51,747 bases of DNA, taken from positions 1-51,747 of IMG/VR virus record IMGVR_UViG_3300046779_000926, one strand, 5' to 3'. A program made the position numbers and the translations under genes. Positions 18,252-28,203 of this stretch are shown here, one piece after another. Within the stretch, counting starts at the first letter, position 1, and every line of letters begins with the position of its first letter. The notes below the pieces were generated by a model, which was not told the origin of the DNA, searched no databases, and was given only the letters and a program-made list of their open reading frames with translations. This DNA is from a virus. Taxonomy: Duplodnaviria; Caudoviricetes.

Positions 18252-18773
18252 ATGGAACCAACAGTACCACAAGCCACACCAGATGTGGCTCCAACGCCAA
18301 CTGTAGAAGAGCAGGTTGTGCTGGAGGAGATGCATGAAACACAACATCAGCTACATGCAGTAAATGACCAAATTACAGATGCAGTAACGCAAACACAAGA
18401 ATCAACTGTTGTAAATGGTAACAGTACACGCGATTATCCAAGTCTTTATGATACTTACGGTACAACAATGATTGCAATTGTATTTGCAGTATCTATTATA
18501 TCCGCAGTTATTGGGCTAGTACAGTATATCTATCGCAAAGCAGCGTCAGACCATTCAGCATTAACTCAATTTGTAACTACAATGTTTGCGCTTATTGCTG
18601 GTGTATTTGTGGCAGATAAAGTTGTTGCTGGACCAACGACCGAATTGCTAAATGGTCAAGAGTCTTTGAAAGTGCTTGAGTTTATTCAGCAAACTTGCTT
18701 AATGGTATTCGCTTATTATTTTGGTACTAAAGCGCAACCACCAGCAGACGGCCCCCTTAACAAAGAGGACTAA
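18252..18773 (+). CDS. Membrane protein (2-3 TM segments, holin-like C-terminus)
   Basis: Hydrophobic segments and the AYYFG motif. Confidence 0.6.
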   Translation: MEPTVPQATPDVAPTPTVEEQVVLEEMHETQHQLHAVNDQITDAVTQTQESTVVNGNSTRDYPSLYDTYGTTMIAIVFAVSIISAVIGLVQYIYRKAASDHSALTQFVTTMFALIAGVFVADKVVAGPTTELLNGQESLKVLEFIQQTCLMVFAYYFGTKAQPPADGPLNKED

Positions 18774-19484
18774 ATGAAATCTATCGATTTATATGGTGAC
18801 GGAATCGGCAAGGTCGATTTGGTCGAACATATGGGTTCTGACTTAACAGTAGTCAATAGTGCCCGCGTATCATTTGGAAAACACAAGGAGACATTAGAAG
18901 ATGCTGACAAAAAGCTTGTGGATTATCTTATTCGTCACCGTCATACTTCTGTGTTAGAGCATAACTTTGTAACTTTCAGATTTAAAGTTCCTTTGTTTGT
19001 TCGGTCACAACACCACAGGCATCGCACTTGGTCTTATAACGAGATATCAAGACGATATACGGAGTTTAATATTGAGTTCTACCAACCAAAAGAATACCGA
19101 AAACAACACAAATCAAACAGGCAAGCTTCGACGGATGATACCTTTAATCCAGAGTTTTATAGTTCTGGCCTCGATATCAGTCATTCTGCTACGTCAGTCG
19201 TTGAAGGGTTGTTCAAAGACTCCTTACGAGTCTACAATAGACTTTTAGAGAACGGTGTGTGTAAGGAACAGGCCCGCATGGTACTTCCACAAGCCATGTA
19301 TACAGAATATTATGGTTCAGCTAATTTAAGCAACATCCTCAAATTTGTTGACCTTCGTTTACACGAAGGCGCACAATGGGAAATTCAACAAGTTGCACAA
19401 GCGGTTCTTGATATTGTTACAGACTTGTATCCAGAAACTGTCGGTGCTTACCGTAGAATTAGGGATGAAAAACACAGTTCATAA
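18774..19484 (+). CDS. thyX: Flavin-dependent thymidylate synthase
   Basis: NSARVS, H.SVLEH, QHHRHR..SYNEISRRY, EQARMVLP, AQWEI. Confidence 0.95.
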   Translation: MKSIDLYGDGIGKVDLVEHMGSDLTVVNSARVSFGKHKETLEDADKKLVDYLIRHRHTSVLEHNFVTFRFKVPLFVRSQHHRHRTWSYNEISRRYTEFNIEFYQPKEYRKQHKSNRQASTDDTFNPEFYSSGLDISHSATSVVEGLFKDSLRVYNRLLENGVCKEQARMVLPQAMYTEYYGSANLSNILKFVDLRLHEGAQWEIQQVAQAVLDIVTDLYPETVGAYRRIRDEKHSS

Positions 19485-20340
19485 GTACGATAATATAATA
19501 ATCGGTTCTACTTTAGAAGCATTATTATATTCATATATGACGGGTTATCCCGTATTTTTTGCTGGCTCAAGGTGTCCAAAGGAATTTGAATACTTTGAGC
19601 CAGCATTGGCATTTCATCTTTTGAAATCCGAAACAAGAAATATTAAATCCAACAATGGTAATATACTGGTCGGCTCTCGTAAAGATAAATTTTGGCATTA
19701 TCTAATGATATGTTTGTCTCATGTTGGATTGGTTCCAATTACCGATGCATCTTCTGTGCGAGTAGAAGAAGACCATATCAGAATAATTAAAGATAACCGA
19801 CTTATTAAGATAAAGGCAAAAACCATACACCTTTTTGACGACTTAGGTGTAGAAGGATTGATGCCACCAAAAGAAACAAGGGGCAAGTTCTCTTCTTACG
19901 AATGGGTAATATTTAACTCATTGTATCCACATGAATATGATTTGCTGCTATCTGAAGAGTCTCCAATACAGGAATTGTGGTTTTTAGAGCCTACAATGAA
20001 AGCGCGATTTAAAGACGGCTGCATAGTGTCACATTTTGATACCTTGCAGCAGATGCATGAAGAATTGACACAATTTGCTTTGATTTTTAAATTGAAAGAT
20101 ATATTCAAAAAATACGATATCAAAGGCAAGGCAAACGGCGTCTATCATATGAATAAATCAATTCAAAGATACAAGCAAGTACATTATCAGATAGTTGCTA
20201 GTGACATAGAGCATCCAAGAAATGTTTATGAATCTATTGACAACATTGTGTTTTGTGATTATACTATACAGTCACTAGTCAATCAATTAACCCCCAATCC
20301 AAAAGTCGATTATATATGGAAAAACCTGTTAAGCACATAG
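19465..20340 (+). CDS. Hypothetical protein with a degenerate Rossmann-like N-terminus
   Basis: YDNIIIGSTLEAL resembles an FAD-binding start; ATG 19465 preferred over the track start. Confidence 0.55.
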   Translation: MKNTVHKYDNIIIGSTLEALLYSYMTGYPVFFAGSRCPKEFEYFEPALAFHLLKSETRNIKSNNGNILVGSRKDKFWHYLMICLSHVGLVPITDASSVRVEEDHIRIIKDNRLIKIKAKTIHLFDDLGVEGLMPPKETRGKFSSYEWVIFNSLYPHEYDLLLSEESPIQELWFLEPTMKARFKDGCIVSHFDTLQQMHEELTQFALIFKLKDIFKKYDIKGKANGVYHMNKSIQRYKQVHYQIVASDIEHPRNVYESIDNIVFCDYTIQSLVNQLTPNPKVDYIWKNLLST

Positions 20341-21227
20341 CTGGCATTATTCCTGTTGCTGGTGAACGTTCCGACTTTGCACTAGAATGGCACGATTCTA
20401 TGATGCCAATTGCACCTAATTATTTGGCTGTTGAAAGAGCAGTATTAGAATGTGCATATGCTGGTTGTTCATCTATTTGGATTGTGTGCAATGATGATAT
20501 TTCACCCATCCTAAAATATAGGATACGCGACTTCATAAGTGACCCCGCATATTCTAGATTTAAATTTAGTAATTACGCTTTTCGTTTACGAAACGTGAAG
20601 CAGCAAAAATTAATCCCCATCTTTTATGTTCCCGTACATGCGAAATACAGAGGAAGAGTCGATTCGCTCGGTTTTTCAATTATACATGGAGCAACCTATG
20701 CTAATAATATTGCTAGTAGAGTTAGTGAGGGCACCCGACCACAAATGTACTATGTTGCATTCCCATTTGGTGCTTATGAGCCAAAGTTTATAAAGCCGCT
20801 GCGGAAACAAATGTATGCAGGTAACCGTGTGCTGGCTACATTTGATAACAAATCAGCCAGAGATAATGAGTATCTCGGCTTTTCGTTTAGATTTTCAGAT
20901 ATAAATTCATTTATTGATAAGATAAAGGCAGGAGCAAAAAAGTCATACCGCGATGATAAAGGAGAATTAATTCCTTTACCAAAGGAAAAATGGTATGAAG
21001 CAAAAGAATATACACTAGATAAGATATATGGAGACTATAATCCAAGTGATTTAGTCACAAGACCCATCAGATGGTATCATAATATCGGCTCTTGGGATTC
21101 TTATCGTAAGTTTTTGGCTACTGAACAATGCAGGTATTTAAAATACGAAAGACCCGTATTTTTATCTGCTCGTCATTATGAACAGTTTTCTATTTTAAAC
21201 GAGGAAGAAGAAGATGGGAATGTTTGA
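20316..21227 (+). CDS. Divergent sugar-phosphate nucleotidyltransferase-like protein
   Basis: AGIIPVAG, MMPIA, AGCSSIWIV, WYHNIGSWDSY. Confidence 0.6.
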   Translation: MEKPVKHIAGIIPVAGERSDFALEWHDSMMPIAPNYLAVERAVLECAYAGCSSIWIVCNDDISPILKYRIRDFISDPAYSRFKFSNYAFRLRNVKQQKLIPIFYVPVHAKYRGRVDSLGFSIIHGATYANNIASRVSEGTRPQMYYVAFPFGAYEPKFIKPLRKQMYAGNRVLATFDNKSARDNEYLGFSFRFSDINSFIDKIKAGAKKSYRDDKGELIPLPKEKWYEAKEYTLDKIYGDYNPSDLVTRPIRWYHNIGSWDSYRKFLATEQCRYLKYERPVFLSARHYEQFSILNEEEEDGNV

Positions 21228-21669
21228 TACAATTGAGATTGAAAATGATATTCAAAATGGCCCAAAAGCTGGTGAATATCAGACTAAAGACCTTGATAGT
21301 GCGCTAGAAACTTATCATATTCGTGATAATAGGCTTATTAAACGCGCATATAAATACAATGCAGTAGAGGAGTCAAAACGTAAGCACAAGTGGCATCTTA
21401 TGGAAGCAGAATTTATTGGGCTTATGGATATTGATTATCATGGATGGATTGAGATATATGGTGCTTATAGCACTTGGAGACTTAAATTTACAGATGGTGA
21501 ATTAAAGGAGTGTAAACTTATGCAACAATTCAATGAACCACCAGTTGTTAAAGATGAAGAAAAAACTAAAGAAGAGCAAACACTTAAGAACGGTGAGATT
21601 GCCTACTGGTCTGGTGATGGGCAAGAATATGAGGTTGACGAGGAAGAAGAAGCGGGATATGATTACTAA
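21214..21669 (+). CDS. Conserved phage hypothetical protein
   Basis: MGMFDTI...YQTKDLD...Y.I...KFTDGEL pattern with acidic tail. Confidence 0.7.
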   Translation: MGMFDTIEIENDIQNGPKAGEYQTKDLDSALETYHIRDNRLIKRAYKYNAVEESKRKHKWHLMEAEFIGLMDIDYHGWIEIYGAYSTWRLKFTDGELKECKLMQQFNEPPVVKDEEKTKEEQTLKNGEIAYWSGDGQEYEVDEEEEAGYDY

Positions 21670-21685
21670 ACATGGAGTTGAAAGT

Positions 21686-24600
21686 ATGCCTATCAAGTTT
21701 GTCGGACTTCACGCACATTCTGTAGCAGGTTCTATTTTTGATGCTCTTGGATATCCACAAGAGCATATGGATTTTGCATGGGGCAACGGCTCCGATGCAC
21801 TTGCACTAACAGACCACGGTAATATGAATGGACTTGCGTATCAAGTCCTTCATGCTAAAAAGATGAAGAAGGATGGTAAGGTCTTCAAGCCAATCTTTGG
21901 CTGTGAAGCCTACTTTATTCCTTCAATTAGTGAGTGGCGTTCTGAATATGAGCGCATTAAGGCAGATGAAGATAAGAGCATCGATGATTCTATTTCGGGT
22001 GCTACGGTAGAGGACGAGGCTGCGACAAAGAAGGAGAACAAGTCTGTTCTCAATCGTCGTCGTCACCTTGTTCTACTTGCACAAAATCAGCAAGGTCTAA
22101 ACAATATCTTTAAGCTCATTTCTGAGTCTTATAAGTCTGAGAATTTCTATCGTTATCCACGCATGGATTACGCACTACTTGAGAAGTATAATGAGGGCAT
22201 CATTGCCCTTTCTGCTTGTCTTGGTGGTGTATACGCTGGTTGTTATTGGGAGAATCGCGAGAAGGGTGAAGCTGCCATTCTCGCTTCTTTCCGTGAGACA
22301 ACCAAGCGTATGATGGGTATTTTTGGTGACCGTTGGTATGGTGAGCTTCAATGGAATAATGTACCAGAGCAGCATGAGCTTAACTCGTATATTATTAGAA
22401 TGCATAATGAATTTGGCATCAAGCTTGTTTCTACTGCTGACAGTCACTATCCTAATCCCGATGCTTGGAAAGACCGTGAGCTTTACAAGCGTCTTGGTTG
22501 GCTAGGCAAGGGTCGTCCCGATTGGGCAGAAGGACAAGGCCAGCTTCCTAGTGGTGTAGAAGAGATTGGTTACGAACTTTATCCAAAGAACGGCGACCAA
22601 ATGTGGGCTGCTTACAAGAAGTATTCCGCTGATTCTGATTATGATGATTCGCTTGTGATGGAGTCTATCACAAACACTTATCATATTGCACATGAGCGTA
22701 TCGATAACTTTATGCCAGACACTACGGTTCGTCTGCCAGATTTCGTCGTACCTACTGGTTTTACTGCTGGTGAGGCTTTAAAGAATTATGCATTTGACGG
22801 CTTGCGTAAACTTGGTCTGTTTACGAATGAGGAATACGTAAACCGTATGATTTACGAATTGGAAATTATTGAGAAGCAGAATTTCTCTAAATACTTTCTT
22901 ACCATGAAGGCTATTAGCGACCGTGCAATGGCAGTTCAACTTACAGGCCCCGGACGCGGCTCTGCGGCTGGTTCTCTTGTCACATATTCGCTTGGTATTA
23001 CACAGGTAGACCCAATCAAGCACGGTCTACTCTTTGAGCGTTTTATGACCAAGAATCAAGATGGGTTTCCCGATATTGACTATGACGTATCTGACCCAAT
23101 GGTACTTAAGGAGCAGCTTATCAACGAGTGGGGCGATACTACTGTAGTTCCTATTTCTAATTGGAATACACTACAACTCAAGTCTCTTGTTAAGGATATC
23201 AGCAAGTTCTACGATATTCCATTCAAGGAAGTAAATGAGGTAACATCTAAAATGATGTCAGAAGCCACTCCGCTTGCGAAGAAGGCTCATGGCATGAAGG
23301 CTGGTGTATATGTGCCTACATTTGAGGAAGTTAAGGAATATTCCAAGTCTCTACAGGACTTTCTTGCGAAGTATCCTCATATTGCCACACATATTGACAT
23401 TCTCTACGGACAGGTTCGCTCCTGTTCCCGTCACGCTGGTGGTGTTGTAGTTGGTGAGAATCTTGACCAATATATGCCTCTTATTAACTCTGATGGTGTG
23501 CGTCAAACTCCTTGGTCAGAGGGTCAAAACGTTCGTCACCTTGAGCCAATGGGTTTCATTAAGTTCGATATTCTTGGCCTTGCAACTCTCAAGATGATTG
23601 AGACTGCAATTCGTCATATTCTCAAGCGTCACCACAATAACCCAAATCCAACATTTGATGATGTTCGTAAGTTCTATGAGGATAATCTACACCCAGAGAA
23701 AATCAATCTTTCTGACAAGAAGGTTTATGACAATATCTTCCACGAAGGTAAATGGGTTGGTATCTTCCAATTTACAGAGCGTGGAGCGCAGGATTTCTGT
23801 AAGCGTGTAAAGCCCAATAATATCATTGACCTTTCTGCTATTACCTCTATCTATCGCCCCGGACCTCTATCTGCTGGTGTAGATACGCAATTTGCAGATG
23901 CCAAGGAAAACCCATACAAGGTGCGCTATGCACATCCTCTAATCAAGGAAGTAACAAAGGAGACTTACGGCTTCCTTATTTTCCAAGAGCAAATTGCTCT
24001 TCTAGCCCATAAGCTTGGAAAGGACGTATCGCTTGATGAAGGTAATAAACTCCGCAAACTACTTACCAAGAAAGGAACAGGCAAGGGTTTTGAAGAGAAA
24101 GACAAGATTCACGCGAAGTTCATTTCTGGCTGCGTTGACAAGGGGCTTGCGGAGAAGGCTGCACAGCAGCTTTGGGAAACCTTTGAGTATTTCTCTGGTT
24201 ACGGCTTCAATAAGTCTCACGCCGTCTGCTATTCTGTCCTTTCATATCAATGTGCTTGGCTTGCTACTTACTTTGAATCCGAATGGCTTTGCGCCTTTTT
24301 GGAGAAAGAGTCTGAGCAAGACCAGAATAAAGACGATAAAATCAATCGTAAAGAGAAGGCAATCAACCTTGTCAAGTCTCTAGGCTATAGCATTTCCCCA
24401 CTTGATATCAATAAGTCTGGTACAACTTGGGAAATCTCCGAAGATGGTAAGGAAATGATTCAACCTCTTACTTGCATCAAGGGTCTTGGTGAAGCAGCGA
24501 TGGAACAGATTATGAAGAACCGTCCATTCAAGAGTGCAGAAGAACTCCTTTTTAACGAGGCAGTATCTTACAGTAAGTTCAACAAGAAAGCTCTTGATGT

Positions 24601-25120
24601 TCTTATCCGTGCTGGTGCTTGTAATAGTCTGATTGATAGCCGCTTTACTGGTGCTAAACACTTCTGGTCTGCGGTCGCAGTTGACCGTCCAAAGAACAAG
24701 AAGAAACTACATGAAAACATTGAGCTTTATAAGCCAGAAGGAGATTTTAGCGATGAAGAAAAGATTGAGTATATTACAGACCTTACGGGCGAATATCCTG
24801 TCTCTATGGTTATGCCTACAGATGTTGCTAAACGTCTGGAGGAAAAATATGTCCCACCAATCGGAGAATACGACGAAGAGCTTGGAGTAGCGTGGTTTAT
24901 CGTTCGTAACGTAATCAAGAAGCGTACACAGACAGGCAAGGATTATCTTGTTCTTGAGGTTATTGATGATACCAACAAACTTACACAAGTTCGTTGTTGG
25001 GGCGTAAAGCCAAATGAGCATGTTCACAAGAATCGTGTTTATATGGCAAAGCCAAACTATGATGATTCTTGGGGTTTTTCTGTGCGTTCCGTAACTTCTC
25101 AGCTTAAAATGATTGCATAA
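21686..25120 (+). CDS. dnaE: DNA polymerase III alpha subunit (family C)
   Basis: PHP domain (LHAHS, TDHG, GCEAY, DSHY), GRGSAAGSLV, FERF, PDIDYD, HAGGVV, KFDILGL, YGFNKSHA, C-terminal OB fold; GGAG RBS supports ATG 21686. Confidence 0.95.
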   Translation: MPIKFVGLHAHSVAGSIFDALGYPQEHMDFAWGNGSDALALTDHGNMNGLAYQVLHAKKMKKDGKVFKPIFGCEAYFIPSISEWRSEYERIKADEDKSIDDSISGATVEDEAATKKENKSVLNRRRHLVLLAQNQQGLNNIFKLISESYKSENFYRYPRMDYALLEKYNEGIIALSACLGGVYAGCYWENREKGEAAILASFRETTKRMMGIFGDRWYGELQWNNVPEQHELNSYIIRMHNEFGIKLVSTADSHYPNPDAWKDRELYKRLGWLGKGRPDWAEGQGQLPSGVEEIGYELYPKNGDQMWAAYKKYSADSDYDDSLVMESITNTYHIAHERIDNFMPDTTVRLPDFVVPTGFTAGEALKNYAFDGLRKLGLFTNEEYVNRMIYELEIIEKQNFSKYFLTMKAISDRAMAVQLTGPGRGSAAGSLVTYSLGITQVDPIKHGLLFERFMTKNQDGFPDIDYDVSDPMVLKEQLINEWGDTTVVPISNWNTLQLKSLVKDISKFYDIPFKEVNEVTSKMMSEATPLAKKAHGMKAGVYVPTFEEVKEYSKSLQDFLAKYPHIATHIDILYGQVRSCSRHAGGVVVGENLDQYMPLINSDGVRQTPWSEGQNVRHLEPMGFIKFDILGLATLKMIETAIRHILKRHHNNPNPTFDDVRKFYEDNLHPEKINLSDKKVYDNIFHEGKWVGIFQFTERGAQDFCKRVKPNNIIDLSAITSIYRPGPLSAGVDTQFADAKENPYKVRYAHPLIKEVTKETYGFLIFQEQIALLAHKLGKDVSLDEGNKLRKLLTKKGTGKGFEEKDKIHAKFISGCVDKGLAEKAAQQLWETFEYFSGYGFNKSHAVCYSVLSYQCAWLATYFESEWLCAFLEKESEQDQNKDDKINRKEKAINLVKSLGYSISPLDINKSGTTWEISEDGKEMIQPLTCIKGLGEAAMEQIMKNRPFKSAEELLFNEAVSYSKFNKKALDVLIRAGACNSLIDSRFTGAKHFWSAVAVDRPKNKKKLHENIELYKPEGDFSDEEKIEYITDLTGEYPVSMVMPTDVAKRLEEKYVPPIGEYDEELGVAWFIVRNVIKKRTQTGKDYLVLEVIDDTNKLTQVRCWGVKPNEHVHKNRVYMAKPNYDDSWGFSVRSVTSQLKMIA

Positions 25121-25122
25121 TA

Positions 25123-25129
25123 CTATTTA
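25123..25129 (+). promoter_or_regulatory. Putative late promoter motif CTATTTA
   Basis: Intergenic, 6 nt before ATG 25136. Confidence 0.55.
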
Positions 25130-25135
25130 ATTATC

Positions 25136-25639
25136 ATGAAGATAACTAAAGAATATTTAACCAATCTTATCAGAGAGGCATTAGAAGAAACAGAATATAC
25201 GTCCAAAGGTCATTGGGGAGACAAAGCTAGTGGTGTCTTACTAACAACTGGAGAGCGTATATTCTTACTTCTACGTTCAGAAGAGGTTACCGAGGGGGGT
25301 ACTTGGGGTATCCCCGGAGGTGCTATTGATGCTGGTGAATCTGCCCTAAATTCAGCTATTCGTGAACTAGAAGAAGAAACTGGTTTATCATTAGATAAGT
25401 ATGATGTAATCGATAAGACTATTTATAAAGATGATGAAGACGGCTTTAAATATACTACTTTTATTATAAAGGTGTCAGAATCATTTGAATCAAAACCAGT
25501 TAGATTAGATTGGGAAAATGATGATTATCGATGGGTAGACCAAGATTGGCTTGAGGATAATGCACACGAATTACATTCTGGCGTTATGTATACTTTAGAA
25601 CAAAAGTGGAACACTATCTTCGATTCTGACTATTTATAG
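25136..25639 (+). CDS. NUDIX hydrolase with an MKIT...LIRE leader
   Basis: Nudix box GGAIDAGESALNSAIRELEEETG; leader MKITKEYLTNLIREALEE. Confidence 0.88.
   Translation: MKITKEYLTNLIREALEETEYTSKGHWGDKASGVLLTTGERIFLLLRSEEVTEGGTWGIPGGAIDAGESALNSAIRELEEETGLSLDKYDVIDKTIYKDDEDGFKYTTFIIKVSESFESKPVRLDWENDDYRWVDQDWLEDNAHELHSGVMYTLEQKWNTIFDSDYL
25630..25636 (+). promoter_or_regulatory. Putative late promoter motif CTATTTA
   Basis: Upstream of the AAGGA RBS and ATG 25656. Confidence 0.55.
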
Positions 25640-25655
25640 ATAAAGGATTTAAAAC

Positions 25656-26042
25656 ATGAAATTAACAGAATCTCAATTGAGAAACATAATCAAGCAAGAG
25701 TTAAAAAATGCCTTGTCTGAAGCACCGATGGACCCCGAAAGAAAGGCTAAAATGCTTGCTGCAAGAGCGCGTACCAAACAAGAAACAGAAGAAGGTGTTG
25801 CTTTACGAAGGGCTTATGATGCTGCTCGAAATGCTGTCCCACCAGAAGAGCGTACATATTTTAAACGCGCTCCAATAGAGGCTACATACCAAGACCTTGA
25901 TAATGATTCATGGAGTGGCGGAAGAAATGTTTGGAAAGGTGAAGATGGAAAATATTATAAAATGGCTGTAGTACCAGCAACCGCAGAAGAATATGATAAT
26001 AGTTTGTGGAGCGGTGGTGGAAGTGTTTGGAGAGATAAATAA
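25656..26042 (+). CDS. Putative late/virion protein
   Basis: Leader MKLTESQLRNIIKQELKNALSE; internal repeat WSGG...W. Confidence 0.7.
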   Translation: MKLTESQLRNIIKQELKNALSEAPMDPERKAKMLAARARTKQETEEGVALRRAYDAARNAVPPEERTYFKRAPIEATYQDLDNDSWSGGRNVWKGEDGKYYKMAVVPATAEEYDNSLWSGGGSVWRDK

Positions 26043-26060
26043 TTTATCTTAAGAAACTTC

Positions 26061-26110
26061 TTGACCCCCGAAACCCCTTGTGCTATAGTCTTCTATACAC
26101 AAGGGGTTTC
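26061..26110 (+). promoter_or_regulatory. sigma70-like promoter embedded in a 13-bp hairpin that covers the uvsE RBS
   Basis: TTGACC-17nt-TATAGT; GAAACCCCTTGTG (26070-82) pairs with CACAAGGGGTTTC (26098-110). Confidence 0.6.
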
Positions 26111-26112
26111 TA

Positions 26113-27045
26113 GTGTCTACACAGAACTTGGGCTATGCCTGTATTAATATGACTCTTTCCGATGTACCTGCCAAGCGCAAGGTCACTACCAATCGGACAA
26201 TGATTAGGAAGACTTTTAATGAACGGGGGATTAATTACGCCGCACAACTTGCCGAACAGAATTTCGTGGACTTGTATAAGATTCTACAATGGAATACAGC
26301 AAACGGAATTGGGTTCTATCGTATGTCCTCCGATATGGTTCCTTGGGCATCCGAATTCGGTATCTATAATCTCCCGAACATTGAGCGTGTTTCAGCTTTG
26401 CTTCGTAAGTGTGGGGAGTATGCTACCGCAACCAATCAGCGACTTACTTTCCATCCCGGTCCATTTAACAAACTCACATCTTCTAATCCATCTGTAACTG
26501 CTAATACCATCAAGGACTTGACGGTACACGCAGATATTCTTGATTTGATGGGACTTTCTCGTACTCCATACAACAAGATTAATATTCATGTTGGTGCGAC
26601 GTACAAGAACAAGCCTATGGCTATTGCACAGTTTCTGCACAATTTTGAGTTGCTTGACGAGAAAATTCGTTCACGTTTTACACTTGAGAATGACGACAAG
26701 GCTTCTCTATATTCTACGCAGGAACTATATAATCTAGTACATAAACATACAGGTATTCCAATTGTCTTTGACTATCATCATCATTCACTCAATTCTGGTG
26801 GTACTTCTGAGCGTGATGCAATTCATATCGCTGCTTCTACGTGGGGCAACATCAAGCCTGTCGTACATTACTCAGAGTCTCGTTCTGCCGAGCAGAAAAT
26901 CAAGTGCCCTGCCCAAGCACATTCAGATTATGTGTATCGCTATATCGATACTCACGGTCTTGATGTTGATGTAATGATTGAAGCCAAGCAGAAAGAGCTT
27001 GCACTTTTCCGCTATCGTGATATTCATAGTAAGGCGGCAGCATGA
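26113..27045 (+). CDS. uvsE: UV-damage endonuclease
   Basis: LGYAC, FYRMSS, RLTFHPG, IHVG, LENDD, FDYHHH, HYSE, AHSD, MIEAKQKE. Confidence 0.93.
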   Translation: MSTQNLGYACINMTLSDVPAKRKVTTNRTMIRKTFNERGINYAAQLAEQNFVDLYKILQWNTANGIGFYRMSSDMVPWASEFGIYNLPNIERVSALLRKCGEYATATNQRLTFHPGPFNKLTSSNPSVTANTIKDLTVHADILDLMGLSRTPYNKINIHVGATYKNKPMAIAQFLHNFELLDEKIRSRFTLENDDKASLYSTQELYNLVHKHTGIPIVFDYHHHSLNSGGTSERDAIHIAASTWGNIKPVVHYSESRSAEQKIKCPAQAHSDYVYRYIDTHGLDVDVMIEAKQKELALFRYRDIHSKAAA

Positions 27046-27305
27046 GTACAAAAGTAAGCCTTTCGTATGGGCCAAAGTTTCATTTATATCAAGAAATGTT
27101 TGATTGTGATAATGTGTATCTACAGATTGATGGTCATGAATTTGAGATATCAAATAACAGAGCAATGATTCAAATTCCACTTGAAGTATGGAATAAGATT
27201 ATTGAAGAATGGCCGAAATCCAAAGATAGATTTATTAATGAAACTGCTGATGAATGGGTAAGTTCATTGGACGAAACTATTATTTTTCAAAAGAGGAACA
27301 AATGA
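27042..27305 (+). CDS. Hypothetical protein
   Basis: ATGA-coupled ORF. Confidence 0.65.
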   Translation: MSTKVSLSYGPKFHLYQEMFDCDNVYLQIDGHEFEISNNRAMIQIPLEVWNKIIEEWPKSKDRFINETADEWVSSLDETIIFQKRNK

Positions 27306-27727
27306 GTCTTAATCTAAAAGTTATGAAACAATCTGGGTTTATTAGTTTTAAACAGCGCGATAATGGTAACGCTGGATTTGACCTATACGCTACAGAAGAG
27401 GGTTCAATTGCGCCCGGAGAAAGAATGGCAGTACCTGTAGGTATTTCCACATCATTCAGTCCAGAGTATTATATGCGTGTTGCTCCTCGTTCTGGTCTTG
27501 CAGTTAAAAGTGGTGTGAATGTACTTGCAGGAGTTATTGATTCAAGTTATAGAGGAGAGTGGAAAGTGATTCTCCACAATACCTCTCAGTTGTATTTTCA
27601 CTTTGAGTTAGGTGATAGAATCGCTCAAGCAATTCCAGAGAAGATTAGCACCGAAGAGTTTGAATTTGTAGATTCTCTTCTTGCCACAGAACGTGGTGCT
27701 GGTGGATTTGGAAGCACAGGACGATAA
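27302..27727 (+). CDS. dut: Trimeric dUTPase
   Basis: AGFDL, PRSGL, GVIDSSYRGE, GDRIAQ, RGAGGFGSTG. Confidence 0.95.
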   Translation: MSLNLKVMKQSGFISFKQRDNGNAGFDLYATEEGSIAPGERMAVPVGISTSFSPEYYMRVAPRSGLAVKSGVNVLAGVIDSSYRGEWKVILHNTSQLYFHFELGDRIAQAIPEKISTEEFEFVDSLLATERGAGGFGSTGR

Positions 27728-27728
27728 T

Positions 27729-27977
27729 ATGAGTAGCGCAAGAAAGATTAGAAAAGCCCAACAGGCTATGGCAGAAAAGAATGTTCTTTTCGGTAAATTA
27801 CCAGACAAATGTACAGGATGCAGTAAAGACTATGATAAAAAGAATAGAGAACACGTTACAACGTGGTCGGTCACGGTTTACGCACAGAGCGAACGGGTTA
27901 ACTTATATTGCCCCGAATGTTGGTCTAATGTTAAGGCGTATTTGGAAGATGAAGCAAGGGGATTGTTCAATGAGTAA
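27729..27977 (+). CDS. Small Zn-finger protein
   Basis: CTGC...CPEC. Confidence 0.65.
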   Translation: MSSARKIRKAQQAMAEKNVLFGKLPDKCTGCSKDYDKKNREHVTTWSVTVYAQSERVNLYCPECWSNVKAYLEDEARGLFNE

Positions 27978-28203
27978 AGAAGCAGTAAATCACCCACAGC
28001 ATTACAATGCTGGAAAGATTGAAGTAATTGATGCAATTGAAGATTGGAAACTTGGTTTTCATCTTGGAAATGTAGTTAAGTATGTTGCAAGAGCAGAGCA
28101 TAAAAATGATGCTCTTGAAGACTTGAAAAAAGCACGATGGTATCTAGATAGATATATCAAATTCATTGAGGCAACTAAAGATGATAAGACCAAAACAAAG
28201 TAA
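27970..28203 (+). CDS. DUF3310 / T7 gp1.7-like nucleotide kinase domain protein
   Basis: VNHPQHY, IEVIDAI, GNVVKY..R..HK...EDLKKARWYL. Confidence 0.8.
   Translation: MSKEAVNHPQHYNAGKIEVIDAIEDWKLGFHLGNVVKYVARAEHKNDALEDLKKARWYLDRYIKFIEATKDDKTKTK

Noticed and set aside
13999-21685. Long N-terminal extensions given by the track for nrdJ (13999), 19345 and dnaE (21533)
   Set aside because: They overlap upstream genes; downstream ATGs (14212, 19465, 21686) match family N-termini and nrdJ/dnaE have clear RBSs there
5790-25120. Inteins or self-splicing introns in recA, helicase, nrdJ or dnaE
   Set aside because: Reading frames are continuous, lengths are ordinary, and no C/S...HN-C/S/T junctions or LAGLIDADG motifs were seen
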